Positions 19,839 to 29,539 of a stretch of 64,000 nt of DNA are shown here, one piece after another. Position numbers and translations under genes: made by a program. Below the pieces are notes generated by a model. It was not told the DNA's origin. It worked only from the letters and a program-made list of their open reading frames with translations, and did no database searches. Origin of the DNA: Bradymonadia bacterium (GTDB lineage: Bacteria; Myxococcota_A; Bradymonadia; UBA7976; UBA1532). The DNA is taken from the NCBI GenBank assembly GCA_046290225.1, contig JBKAGE010000073.1, positions 20,992 to 84,991 of the forward strand. The letters are read 5' to 3'. Each line of letters begins with the position of its first letter. The first letter of the stretch is position 1.

Positions 19839-21380
19839 TCAACCCACCTGACCTGTGGTGCCCGATCGGCGGGCGTCGCCGGCGCCGCTGAGGACCGGGC
19901 CGTGATCTCCAGGACGCCATCCGGCCATGTGCAGACCGCCGAAGAACAACCCTGGCTCGTCGAAGACGATGACCCGCTCGAACTGCCCCTGGAGCGGCTC
20001 AAGGAACCCTGTCGGGCGTTGGGCTGCCTCCACCCTGAGTACGCCGCCTTCATAGTGACATCGAGGGCCGGCGACGATCTGATCTTCAGGCCATTTGTGG
20101 TCCACCGCATAGACGACACCGTGCAGCAGGGCAGAGCGGATCCGGCTTGAGCCCCCTGAGCCCATGACATGGATCCCGCCGTCGTGGGCGAGGAGCGTGG
20201 GGCAACACATGGTGAGCAGTCGCGCCCCTGGTGGTCGTAGAGGGCCTGAGGGGCCGACGGGGTTGACGTCCGTTTCACCGAGGAAGTTGTTGAGGATCAA
20301 CCCTGTCTCGGGGACGAGCATGCCCGCGGTCTCGCCGAGCGAGCTGGTGATGGCCACTGCGTTGCCGTCGCCATCGGTGACCGAGACGTGGGTGGTGTGC
20401 CCGGAGCCGTGCGTGGACATCGGGTCGGACTCGGCGAGCCAGCCCTCGATGAAGCCAGACTCGAACATGCGCTGTACCCACTCGCCACCACGGGCGATCT
20501 CGGTTTGCACCATGGCGGCGGCGAGCTGAGCGACGTGCTCCCCGGTGAGAGGTGCTTGTACCGGCCCTGCTGCCTGCAAGTGGCTCAGCGTGCGCAACAC
20601 CAGCGCGCCGGCCTGGCTGGGGGGTCCGGGTACATAGACGTCAGCCCCTTTGTACCGACCCACCAGCGGTCGACGCCAGATGGGGGTATATCCGGCGAGA
20701 TCCTGAGCGGTCATGCGCCCCTCGCCGTCGAGCCGCCGGAGCATTGCTTCGGCGCCATCGCCCACGGTGAGGAAGTCGGGCCCTTCGATGGCGAGCCGTT
20801 CGAGGGTGTCGGCGAGGGCGCGCTGGAAGATGCGATCACCGGCCCGAGCGTGGCCGCCGTCTGGGCCAGAGAAGATGGCCTCCAGCTTCGGGTCTGCTTG
20901 GATGATGGGCCACAGCAGGCTGATGGAGAGCTCGAGGCCCGGCGTGACCGTGACGCCTGCGCGGGCCGCCTCGGCGGCGGGCTTCACCAGCGCCGCCAGG
21001 GGTACCCGACCATAGGACTGATGCAGTGTCCAGAGACCTTGAGCGAGGGCAGGCACCGCCACAGAGCCCGGGCCATAGAAGAACCGTTGGGTGTCAGGGC
21101 CGAAGTCCAGGTCGATGGCCGCCATGTCCGCAGGGGTGTCGAGGGCGTGCCCCCGGCCAGGGACGTCGCTGAAGCAGTCGAGGATGCGGACCTCGCCGTC
21201 GATGCGACACAGGATCAAGCCGCCCCCGGCGAGGCCTGTGAGCAGTGGCTCGCAGACGGTGGCCATCAGCTTGGCGGCGACGGCGGCGTCGACGGCGTTC
21301 CCGCCGAGGCGGAGCGCCTGGAGGCCGGCTTCCACGGTGAGGGGGTTGCCCCCGGAGACTGCCCCTGCAGCGCTGGTCAT
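19839..21380 (-). CDS. ggt: Gamma-glutamyltransferase family protein
   Basis: GGNAVDAAVA, catalytic-Thr motif HTTHVSVTDGDGNAV, LNNFLGE, GDARRSG. Confidence 0.9.
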   Translation of the reverse strand: MTSAAGAVSGGNPLTVEAGLQALRLGGNAVDAAVAAKLMATVCEPLLTGLAGGGLILCRIDGEVRILDCFSDVPGRGHALDTPADMAAIDLDFGPDTQRFFYGPGSVAVPALAQGLWTLHQSYGRVPLAALVKPAAEAARAGVTVTPGLELSISLLWPIIQADPKLEAIFSGPDGGHARAGDRIFQRALADTLERLAIEGPDFLTVGDGAEAMLRRLDGEGRMTAQDLAGYTPIWRRPLVGRYKGADVYVPGPPSQAGALVLRTLSHLQAAGPVQAPLTGEHVAQLAAAMVQTEIARGGEWVQRMFESGFIEGWLAESDPMSTHGSGHTTHVSVTDGDGNAVAITSSLGETAGMLVPETGLILNNFLGETDVNPVGPSGPLRPPGARLLTMCCPTLLAHDGGIHVMGSGGSSRIRSALLHGVVYAVDHKWPEDQIVAGPRCHYEGGVLRVEAAQRPTGFLEPLQGQFERVIVFDEPGLFFGGLHMAGWRPGDHGPVLSGAGDARRSGTTGQVG

Positions 21381-21440
21381 GACGGGCTCCTCTGAGTCAA
21401 TTGCTCAGTTATCGCCCATGCACCCCGAGGGTGCCAGCAT

Positions 21441-23747
21441 TCAGCGGCCTGTGAGGCGGGTGGGCTGCCCGAGGTGCTCTTCGAAGAAGTCCATGATGCG
21501 GCTGTATAGGCGGTCCACCATCTCGGGGTTGGAGACCATGTGAGTGGCCCCCGCCAGGGGCAGGAAGCTGTGGGCGCGGCCGGCATCGAAGAGCGCGCTC
21601 GACATCTTCAGGCCGTGCATGAAGTACACGTTGTCGTCTGCGGTGCCGTGGGTGATGAGCAAGGGCACTTTGAGATCTTTGGCGTAGGTGAGCACCGAAC
21701 TTTTGTCGTAGATCGCCTTGCCTGCGTCGGTGTCGGGCACCCCGATGTAGCGCTCGGTGTAGTGGGTGTCGTAGTCCCGCCAGTCCGCCACTGGGGCACC
21801 CGCTACGCCCGCAGCATAGACATCGGGGCGGCGCATGGTGGCCATGGCGGAGAAGTATCCACCAAAAGACCACCCGAAGATGCCCACCCGCTCTGGATCC
21901 ATCTCAGGGAAGCGTGCCAGCAGGGCTTTCACACCCTCTGCCTGATCGTGCAGGGGCACGGTGATGAAGTCGTCGACGATGGCGCGCTCCCAGTCCCGGC
22001 CGCGGTGAGGCGTACCTCGGCCGTCCATGCGCACCACGACGAAGCCGTGGTCGGCAAACCACTGGGTGAGCAGGTAGCTGTTGCGCGACTTGAGGGTCAC
22101 CTGGGCGTGAGGCCCGGCATACACATACACGATGACTGGGTACTGCTTCTTCGGATCGAAATCACGAGGGCGCTGAATCGCCCCCTTGATCTTGCCCGCC
22201 TGGGGGATCTCGATGTCGACGAAGTCGATGTTGAGATCGAAGGCAGGCTTCTCCGCGGCGATCTTGAGTTGACCGCGCTCGGCGCCGAGGGCACCGAAGA
22301 CCGGATATTGAGGATCTGCATCGATGGAGGCGTGACTCATCACTCGAAAGCCGTTACGGCTGAAGACCGCCTCGTGTACGCCCGGCGCCGTGGTGAGGGC
22401 TTCGGGGCTACCCCCCTCCAGGGCTACGCGGAAGAGGTGCTGCTCAGTAGGATCATCACCACCATACACATAGACCTGCGGGGGTTTGGCGGCTGCAGGC
22501 TTCATCTCGAGGCGGGCAAAGCCCATGTAGTTGAAGCCCTTGGGCGTGACGGCGTGCTTCAGGCTGCCGTCGGCGTTGCGCACCTCGAGCTGCCAGCTGC
22601 CACTCCGCTCCGAGGCCCACAAGAAGCCCGAGCCGTCAGGCAACCAGTGGGGCATGGTCTGATCGAGGTTGAGCCACGCGTTGTCGGTCTCGGTGTGGAT
22701 CGCTTTCGTCTCACCAGTCTTTGGATCGGCAGTGAGCACGACCAGCTCACGCTGGCGTCGATCCTGGACCACCAGAGTGAGTGGGGCCTTGCGGGGCCAG
22801 CGGACTGTGTTCAGGTAGGGGTACTTCGTACGATCCCACTTGATCTCCACCGGCGCCGCGCCTTCTGCCCCGAGGGGCTGCACGAAGAGCTGCACGTCGG
22901 CGTTCTTGCCGCCAGGTCGTGGATAGGGCCACTTCTGAGGGGCCTTCGACGGATCTGAGGGATCCGCGATCTGGAAGATCTCCATCCCTGCGGTGTCGGT
23001 CCGCTGGTAGACGATGGACTGGCTGTCGGGGGACCACCAGTAGCCCTCGTAGCGAGCCATCTCTTCCTGGGCTACGAACTCTGCAGCGCCATAGCTCACG
23101 GTGTCGTCGGGCCCCTTGCGGGTGGTGAGGCGACGCTCCGGCGCCGAGCCGTCGATGGGCATCACGTACAGATCACCCCCACGGACGGCGGCGAGCTGCT
23201 TGCCATCGGGGCTGAGGCGCGGATCGATGGGGAACCCGGCCTCGCTCTTGAGCTCGGTCACCTTGCCCGATGCGCGCTCCACCATGAACAGCCGCCCCGA
23301 CAAAGGCACAATGATGGACTTGCCGTCAGCGGTGAGGGTGAAGCTGGTGATGCCCCGAGCGGCGAGGCGCATACGCTCCCGGCGGGCTTTCTCCTCGTCG
23401 GTGAGGTTCTCTTCCGCGCCGCCGAGGATCTGTTCTGCCGTGAGCAGCACCCGCTCCTTGCCCGTCGCGGTATCGAAGGCATAGAGGTTGCCCACGAAGC
23501 TCCGCGGCCCGCTGCGCAGGAACAACACCTCTTCCCCATTGGGGGTGAGGGTGATGGCTCGAGGCAAGCCCATGCGATAGCGATAAGTGGCGGCGTACGC
23601 CTTGAGGAACCCGGGGTCCGCGATGGAGTCATTGCCAGGGGCGGTGGTCACGGGCGTTTTCTCCTGTGGCGTGGGGCCGCCACCACAGGCAGTGAAGGCG
23701 GCGAGGGGCAGCGCACACAGCGCTGCGGTCTGCAGGGCACGAAACAT
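21441..23747 (-). CDS. Dipeptidyl peptidase IV (S9B), lipoprotein
   Basis: Lipobox FTAC, AQEEM, GWSFGG nucleophile, HGTADDNV, catalytic His in GATH. Confidence 0.93.
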   Translation of the reverse strand: MFRALQTAALCALPLAAFTACGGGPTPQEKTPVTTAPGNDSIADPGFLKAYAATYRYRMGLPRAITLTPNGEEVLFLRSGPRSFVGNLYAFDTATGKERVLLTAEQILGGAEENLTDEEKARRERMRLAARGITSFTLTADGKSIIVPLSGRLFMVERASGKVTELKSEAGFPIDPRLSPDGKQLAAVRGGDLYVMPIDGSAPERRLTTRKGPDDTVSYGAAEFVAQEEMARYEGYWWSPDSQSIVYQRTDTAGMEIFQIADPSDPSKAPQKWPYPRPGGKNADVQLFVQPLGAEGAAPVEIKWDRTKYPYLNTVRWPRKAPLTLVVQDRRQRELVVLTADPKTGETKAIHTETDNAWLNLDQTMPHWLPDGSGFLWASERSGSWQLEVRNADGSLKHAVTPKGFNYMGFARLEMKPAAAKPPQVYVYGGDDPTEQHLFRVALEGGSPEALTTAPGVHEAVFSRNGFRVMSHASIDADPQYPVFGALGAERGQLKIAAEKPAFDLNIDFVDIEIPQAGKIKGAIQRPRDFDPKKQYPVIVYVYAGPHAQVTLKSRNSYLLTQWFADHGFVVVRMDGRGTPHRGRDWERAIVDDFITVPLHDQAEGVKALLARFPEMDPERVGIFGWSFGGYFSAMATMRRPDVYAAGVAGAPVADWRDYDTHYTERYIGVPDTDAGKAIYDKSSVLTYAKDLKVPLLITHGTADDNVYFMHGLKMSSALFDAGRAHSFLPLAGATHMVSNPEMVDRLYSRIMDFFEEHLGQPTRLTGR

Positions 23748-23824
23748 CGAAGGCTCCAGCAAGGCATGGGTCGAGAGCGGTGGTGTACCATGGCCGGACC
23801 GGGCTGTCAGGGGAGGTGAAGCCA

Positions 23825-25027
23825 ATGCCTGCGATACACGATGTCTGGGGCCGAAAGGTGGTGCGACTGCCTGATCGCGGGGTCTTGCTCTACGCCACGG
23901 ATCTACAGGGCAACCGCCGTGATTACGAGCGGATGAAGGCCATCTATGACGCCGAAGTGTATCTGGGCAACGACCCGATCCTCGTCTTCTGTGGTGACAT
24001 GGTCCACGGGCCTTCTCCCGATCTCAACGCACCCGGCGCATGGCCTGAGCATCTGGGCACGCCCTATGTTGACGAGTCTGCGGCGCTCATTTGCGACTAC
24101 GAGGTCTGGCGGCGTACCCACCGAACTTTCTCGCTGCTGGGCAACCACGAGCACGCCCACATCGGCGGCCCCGTGGTGCCCAAGTTCTACCCCGATGAAG
24201 CAGCGGTGCTCGATGAGGCCCTGGGCGCTGAACGTGCACGTCTACATGCCTTCTTTCGCGACTTCCCACTCATTGCTGTGGCGCCCAATGGGCTGGTGCT
24301 CACCCATGGGGCCCCTTACATGGCACCACCTTCACTGAGTGCCTATGAACGCATGGACTATGCCGGCTACAAGCACGTGAGCATCAACGAGATGTATCGT
24401 CACGACCCGCTGGCATCGATCTTGTGGGCCCGGGGGGCTTCAGAGGCCCAAGCGCAGAGATTCCTCGACAAGGTGGGTGGCACCCTGGTTGCCCATGGAC
24501 ACGATGTTGTGCATGAGGGATACGAGACGACCGGCGATGAACAGATCTGTCTGTCGACGAGCTACGGGCTGAGAGATGCAGACAAGGTGTATCTTCGGGT
24601 GGACCTGTCGGAGCCTTGTCCTCATGCCACTGAACTCTGGCGTGAGGGGTGTATCAGGTACCTCTACAGCATCAATGACCCGAGCCTCCCGTTGACGCGG
24701 CCACGACAGGTAGAGGCAGGGGCGCTGATCTCAGGCTACGAAGACGGCTTCTACACTCGCGGGGAAGTCCTTGGGCACCTGCCACAAATACTCTTCAGCT
24801 GCACAGAGGCAGACCTCATCGACCTCTGGCACAGCCTGCCCGAACTCTGGGCCGAAGAGCTGCGAACCATCTGGAGAGACTTCGACGCATCAAAAATGCC
24901 ATCATCAGAGCCTTCCTGGGGTCTCACTGGATGCAAGGGCAATCCGCATAGAGGCCATCGGGAGATGTGTCGTACCAAAACGCTGCTTCAGAAGCATGGT
25001 CTACTATTCGCTGAGCAGCCCCGCTGA
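23825..25027 (+). CDS. Metallophosphoesterase with C-terminal extension
   Basis: TDLQG, GDMVHG, LGNHE, THG and HGHD calcineurin-like motifs. GGAGGTG SD. Confidence 0.8.
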   Translation: MPAIHDVWGRKVVRLPDRGVLLYATDLQGNRRDYERMKAIYDAEVYLGNDPILVFCGDMVHGPSPDLNAPGAWPEHLGTPYVDESAALICDYEVWRRTHRTFSLLGNHEHAHIGGPVVPKFYPDEAAVLDEALGAERARLHAFFRDFPLIAVAPNGLVLTHGAPYMAPPSLSAYERMDYAGYKHVSINEMYRHDPLASILWARGASEAQAQRFLDKVGGTLVAHGHDVVHEGYETTGDEQICLSTSYGLRDADKVYLRVDLSEPCPHATELWREGCIRYLYSINDPSLPLTRPRQVEAGALISGYEDGFYTRGEVLGHLPQILFSCTEADLIDLWHSLPELWAEELRTIWRDFDASKMPSSEPSWGLTGCKGNPHRGHREMCRTKTLLQKHGLLFAEQPR

Positions 25028-25049
25028 GGAGTGAGTCAAGCAGCTTGCC

Positions 25050-25985
25050 TTAGATGCTCAACACCTCGGCGGGGGTCTGGGCGGTCAACAGGCGCTCCAA
25101 TGCGCGATCGAGCGTGTCGATGTCGGCGGCCTCAATGTGTGCTCGATGTGATTCGGACACGTCGCCAAACTTCAGGGTCATAAGCTTCGTGAGGTCATCT
25201 CGTTTGGCCTTGAGTTGCCCTTGCACCTCACCCCAGAGCCTACCTCGAGCTTCGCCCTTTACCTCACCTTCGGCCATCGCTTTGGCCCTACTCTCGGCGA
25301 TGAGTGTCCTGAACTCTTCTGATTGCCACTCGTAGGTGCTGAGATCAATGTCGCGGAACATGTGTGAAAATGCCTCCTTCCCCGCTGCGTTGAGACGCGC
25401 GAGTACCAAATCAGTGTAGAGCGTGATTTTATCTGAGTCGAGCGACTGCAGCGCCAACGCGGCGGCTGGCGCAACGGCTTCTGCGTGTGGACCACGGCCG
25501 TGTGCGATGACCGAGAGGATGGCCATCTCCGGGTTGTCTTGAGCCCACTCCAAGTTGTTGATCGCTGGGATCTCCTCTGGCCCGAACACCGTGGGTGTGA
25601 AGGTGTTGCCTCCACCGAGGTCGATGGTTTGTCGAGCCCATTGCGCAACATTGGAATATGGGGTGATCACCAACACGACTGACGGACAACGTCTCTTGAA
25701 GCGAGCGCTCGCGGCATAGCCGGGCCAGCTGAACTGTTTGCCAGAGTCGATGTGCAGTTGAACCTCGATGATGAGGGCCATTTGCACCTGGCCCGCCAAC
25801 ATCAACAACGTCATCTCATCTGCATCGTAGGCTGCAGTGGTCTCCTGAGCCAGGTTGACCTTGCCCCCGGAGATGGCGTCGTGCACGGGCAGGGCGAGCT
25901 GGCCTGAGCCCTCCAGAAGCTCTGCGGCCAGCTGGGGGCGCTCGGTGAACAATGAGACGATGGCTTCGTGCAACACACTGGGCAT
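25050..25985 (-). CDS. Rpn/YhgA-like PD-(D/E)XK nuclease-family protein with DUF4351-like C-terminus
   Basis: MPSVLHEAIVSLF...ELL, YDAD, IIEVQ...K..SWP.Y, AEGEVKGEARG repeats, C-terminal IEAADIDTLDRALERLLTA. Strong SD. Confidence 0.75.
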   Translation of the reverse strand: MPSVLHEAIVSLFTERPQLAAELLEGSGQLALPVHDAISGGKVNLAQETTAAYDADEMTLLMLAGQVQMALIIEVQLHIDSGKQFSWPGYAASARFKRRCPSVVLVITPYSNVAQWARQTIDLGGGNTFTPTVFGPEEIPAINNLEWAQDNPEMAILSVIAHGRGPHAEAVAPAAALALQSLDSDKITLYTDLVLARLNAAGKEAFSHMFRDIDLSTYEWQSEEFRTLIAESRAKAMAEGEVKGEARGRLWGEVQGQLKAKRDDLTKLMTLKFGDVSESHRAHIEAADIDTLDRALERLLTAQTPAEVLSI

Positions 25986-26062
25986 CCCTCCTCCTGTGAT
26001 GGGTGTGTACGTCAACACACACCGGAGGTGCTGGAAGGATTCCCTCAAACTGAGAGATGGGC

Positions 26063-27016
26063 TCAGAGTTTGCGCAGATCGACCTGGTGGATGCCGTGAT
26101 CCAGGCCCTTGTAGAGGATCAGGTCAGCGCGCAGACGTGTCGGTGCGATGTTCGCCCGCAGGTTCACGAGGTTCACCGTGTCCCAGACGTGCTCTGCAAA
26201 GGCACGAGCGTCGGTGGCCGACATCTTCGAGAAGCGGTGGAAGTAGGCCGAGGGATCCTTGAAGGCCGTCTGGCGCAGCCTGAAGAAACGCTCCACGTAC
26301 CACTGCTTCAGCTCGGGCTCGTCGGCGTGCAGGTAGATCGAGAAGTCGAAGAAGTCGGAGACGAAGACCACCGGGTCGCCATCAGCGGTGGCCCTGCCCG
26401 TCTGCAACACGTTGAGGCCCTCGACGATCAGGATGTCGGGCTGGCACACCTCGGTGAACTGGTCGGGCACGATGTCATAGACATTGTGAGAGTACACCGG
26501 CGCCGCCACCCGAGGCTCACCGGCCTTGATCGCCGAGAGGAACCGCAGCAGCGCCGGGAGATCGTAGCTCTCCGGGAAGCCCTTGCGGTGCATGATGCCT
26601 TTGGTCTTGAGCGTAGCGTTGGGCAGCAGGAAGCCGTCCGTGGTGACCAAGTCGACCTTGGGGTGACCGGGCCACCGGGCCAGCAGCGCCTTGAGCAGAC
26701 GGGCGGTGGTACTCTTGCCTGCGCTCACGCTGCCGGCGAGGCCGATGATGTAGGGCACCTTGGGCTGGTTGCCGCTGAGGAACTGCGAGGTGGCCTGATA
26801 CAGCTTCTGGGTGGCCTCGACATGGAAGTTGAGCAGGCGGGAGAGAGGCAGATAGATCTGCTCGACTTCCTCGACGTCGACCCGCTCGTTGAGCCCCTGC
26901 AAGGCCTCGATCTCTGACGAGTCGAGGGTCATTGGGGTGTTGGCTCGCAGAGCTGCCCATGCCACCTTGTCGAAGGTGAGGTAAGGTGACGGGCCGTGGC
27001 GAGAGGGTAGATTCAT
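26063..27016 (-). CDS. coaA: Type I pantothenate kinase
   Basis: [49 protein letters not shown]. Confidence 0.97.
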   Translation of the reverse strand: MNLPSRHGPSPYLTFDKVAWAALRANTPMTLDSSEIEALQGLNERVDVEEVEQIYLPLSRLLNFHVEATQKLYQATSQFLSGNQPKVPYIIGLAGSVSAGKSTTARLLKALLARWPGHPKVDLVTTDGFLLPNATLKTKGIMHRKGFPESYDLPALLRFLSAIKAGEPRVAAPVYSHNVYDIVPDQFTEVCQPDILIVEGLNVLQTGRATADGDPVVFVSDFFDFSIYLHADEPELKQWYVERFFRLRQTAFKDPSAYFHRFSKMSATDARAFAEHVWDTVNLVNLRANIAPTRLRADLILYKGLDHGIHQVDLRKL

Positions 27017-27094
27017 GACACTGCCGAAATGGCGTGAGTGACAGGTCGGTGTCAACGTAAATCAGCTGAGAGGACTTCTGACGGGCCTGGGAAA

Positions 27095-27493
27095 ATGAGC
27101 GAGCAAGATCAAAAGGGGTTCACCGACGAGTTCGGTCGCCCATTGCAACAATTGCCTCCTCAAACAGAAGAGGAGGCTGCAGAGTTCGAACAGCAGGCCA
27201 TGGAGGATCAGGGGGCTCAGATGGCATGGCTACAATACCTGCAAGGGCAGCCACAAGGTCACGAGCACGGCATGACCCCCGAGGCCATGGCCGTACATCG
27301 CGCTCGGGGCGGCGGTCAGTCCGAAGAGACCCTCAAGAAAGCCCTGGAAGCCAAGAAGCAGAAGAAGGCAGAAGAGGCCAGGACACCTGTCTCCGTCGTA
27401 GAGCGCGAGCGCTCGGTGGAGGTCGAGGGTCCGGAAGAAGACGATCACGAGCACCACGAAGGCGAAGGTGGTGAAGAGGGCGTGAGCCCGTGA
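27095..27493 (+). CDS. Hypothetical low-complexity Glu/Gln-rich protein
   Basis: Coding-like codon usage. Appears co-operonic with the downstream gene. Confidence 0.55.
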   Translation: MSEQDQKGFTDEFGRPLQQLPPQTEEEAAEFEQQAMEDQGAQMAWLQYLQGQPQGHEHGMTPEAMAVHRARGGGQSEETLKKALEAKKQKKAEEARTPVSVVERERSVEVEGPEEDDHEHHEGEGGEEGVSP

Positions 27494-27503
27494 GAGAGGT
27501 GCC

Positions 27504-27809
27504 ATGCCCGTCATCTACGAAGTCAACCTGACCATCGACGAGGCCATCGCCGAGGCCTATGGCCAGTGGCTGGGCCACCACATCGACGAGATGCTCGCCA
27601 TCGAAGGCTTCGAGCAGGCCACCTGGCTCGAGGTGCACGGGCCGCCCGAAGGCAAGGTGCAGTGGGTGGTCTGCTACACAGTGAGCAGCGCTGAGCACTT
27701 GGAGCGATACTTCAGCCACTGGGCCCCCAAGATGCGCGGCGATGGCCTGGAGCGATTTGGTGGGCGGTTCACCGCCACACGGCGCGTCATGGGGCTCAAG
27801 GGAGGCTGA
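27504..27809 (+). CDS. DUF4286-family protein
   Basis: IYEVN...WL..HIDEML...GF...Y...LERYF...AP.MR.DG..RFG..F.ATRR. Confidence 0.85.
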   Translation: MPVIYEVNLTIDEAIAEAYGQWLGHHIDEMLAIEGFEQATWLEVHGPPEGKVQWVVCYTVSSAEHLERYFSHWAPKMRGDGLERFGGRFTATRRVMGLKGG

Positions 27810-28764
27810 AGCGGGCGCGGTAGACCTGGGGCGATACGCCGAAGTGTCGCCTGAAAGCTCGACGCATCACCTCGACACTCTTGAAGCCTGTACGGGTGGC
27901 GAGCGTGCTCAAGGAGAGCTGCGAGCCTTCGAGCTGATTCCTCACCGCCTCGACCCGGCAGCGCTCTACATAGTGAGCGGGCGTGCACTGCAATTGATCC
28001 CGAAAGACGCGGGCGAAGTGTCGTGGGCTCATGGCGGCTCGATGGGCCAGGGCGTCCACGCGCAGGTCGTCGTCCAGGTGGTCTGCGATCCAGTTCTGTA
28101 CACGAGCGAGGCGATCGTCATCGGTGAGGGGGGCCTGAAGGTGGCTGCTGAATTGTGATTGCCCGCCGGGGCGACGCAGGAACACCACCAGCTCACGGGC
28201 CACGGCCTGAGCGATGTCGAGGCCGCAGTCCTGCTCCACCATGGCCAGGGCGAGGTCGATGCCCGCGGTGACCCCTGCAGAGGTCCACACGTTGCCGCTG
28301 CGTACGAAGATGGCTTCGGCGTCGACCTCGATGGCCGGGTGCAGCTCGGCGAGCCGCGCTGCGGACTGCCAGTGGGTGGTGGCGCGGCGACCATCGAGGG
28401 CGCCGGCTGCGGCGAGGTAGAAGGCGCCGGTACACACGCCGGCGAGGCGAGGGCAGGCCATGTGGTGTCGCTCGAGCCATCTGAGCAGGGCCGGATCACA
28501 TCGATCCCCCAGGCGATCGATCATACCGGGAACAAAGAGGGTGTGCGCGGGCCATGCATCATCGAGGGCGTGCTCGGCGTGGAGCACGAGCCCCGAGGCT
28601 GTTGGGATGGGCCCTGGTGTGAGCGCCACGCGCTGGAGCGCATAGGTCGGCGTACCATCTCGAGCCGCTGTAAGGGCGCCGGCGAGGGCGAAGACCTCAT
28701 GGGGCCCGACGACGTCGAGGGCCACACAGCCCGGGTACATGACCATGAGCACGCTCAGCGTCAT
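27796..28764 (-). CDS. GlxA-family AraC transcriptional regulator (DJ-1 sensor domain)
   Basis: GVCTGAF, TTHW, WTSAGVTAGID, RRPGGQSQFS, AraC HTH. Confidence 0.93.
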   Translation of the reverse strand: MTLSVLMVMYPGCVALDVVGPHEVFALAGALTAARDGTPTYALQRVALTPGPIPTASGLVLHAEHALDDAWPAHTLFVPGMIDRLGDRCDPALLRWLERHHMACPRLAGVCTGAFYLAAAGALDGRRATTHWQSAARLAELHPAIEVDAEAIFVRSGNVWTSAGVTAGIDLALAMVEQDCGLDIAQAVARELVVFLRRPGGQSQFSSHLQAPLTDDDRLARVQNWIADHLDDDLRVDALAHRAAMSPRHFARVFRDQLQCTPAHYVERCRVEAVRNQLEGSQLSLSTLATRTGFKSVEVMRRAFRRHFGVSPQVYRARFSLP

Positions 28765-29444
28765 GTAAGGCCTCGCGCCACCATGCGGGCGGTCTCCACG
28801 CCCTCTCGCCAGTGTGGGCCCTTGATGGCCATGAGCATCGCTTTGACGTGCTCAGGTGCCGAGTCTGGGTGGCCGGCGTCAAAGGGCGGTGCGGGGGCGT
28901 ACTCGAGGCCCAGCTGGATGCCCTGAGCCACCTCGGGGCTGATCAGCTCGGCGACGAGGGTGAGCGCGAAGTCGATGCCTGCTGTGACGCCCCCGCCCGT
29001 GAACAGGTGCTCATCGCGCACGACCCGGCCGGCGACGTGCTCGGCGCCGAAGGCTGCGAGGGCGTCGGTGAAGGCCCAGTGGGTCGTGGCTTTGCGCCCT
29101 TTGAGCAGACCCGCGGCGCCGAGCAGGAGCGCCCCAGTGCACACCGAGGTGATGGCCTGAGCATTCTGAGCCTGTGCTCTGATGAAGCTCAACAGCGGTG
29201 CGTCGGTAAGCCCTGCGATGGTGCCGTTGCCGCCAGGGATACAGATGACGTCCAGTGGAGGGCAGGACTCGAAGTCCGTGGTGGCCATGATCTGCAGGCC
29301 CCCGGTGTCGGATCGTACGAGGCCTGCCTCCGCAGCGACAAGGTGCACGTGGACGCCTGGCAGGTGGCTGAACACCTCGAAGGGGCCCATGGCGTCGAGT
29401 TGGGTGAAGTCGGGGTAGAGAACAATGCCGATGTGCTCGATCAC
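28761..29444 (-). CDS. DJ-1/PfpI family protein (isonitrile hydratase-like)
   Basis: FTQLD..GP, SVCTGALLLGAAGLL, GGVTAGIDF, QLGLEYAPAPPF. Confidence 0.92.
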   Translation of the reverse strand: MIEHIGIVLYPDFTQLDAMGPFEVFSHLPGVHVHLVAAEAGLVRSDTGGLQIMATTDFESCPPLDVICIPGGNGTIAGLTDAPLLSFIRAQAQNAQAITSVCTGALLLGAAGLLKGRKATTHWAFTDALAAFGAEHVAGRVVRDEHLFTGGGVTAGIDFALTLVAELISPEVAQGIQLGLEYAPAPPFDAGHPDSAPEHVKAMLMAIKGPHWREGVETARMVARGLT

Positions 29445-29539
29445 GGAGATCTCCTCGTTGAGAGATCTTCACTGTAGAGCACTGGCTGTATGGCAGACAG
29501 GACGTTCGGCCCACGATTTCTGCCTTTGGGCAGAGTGCC

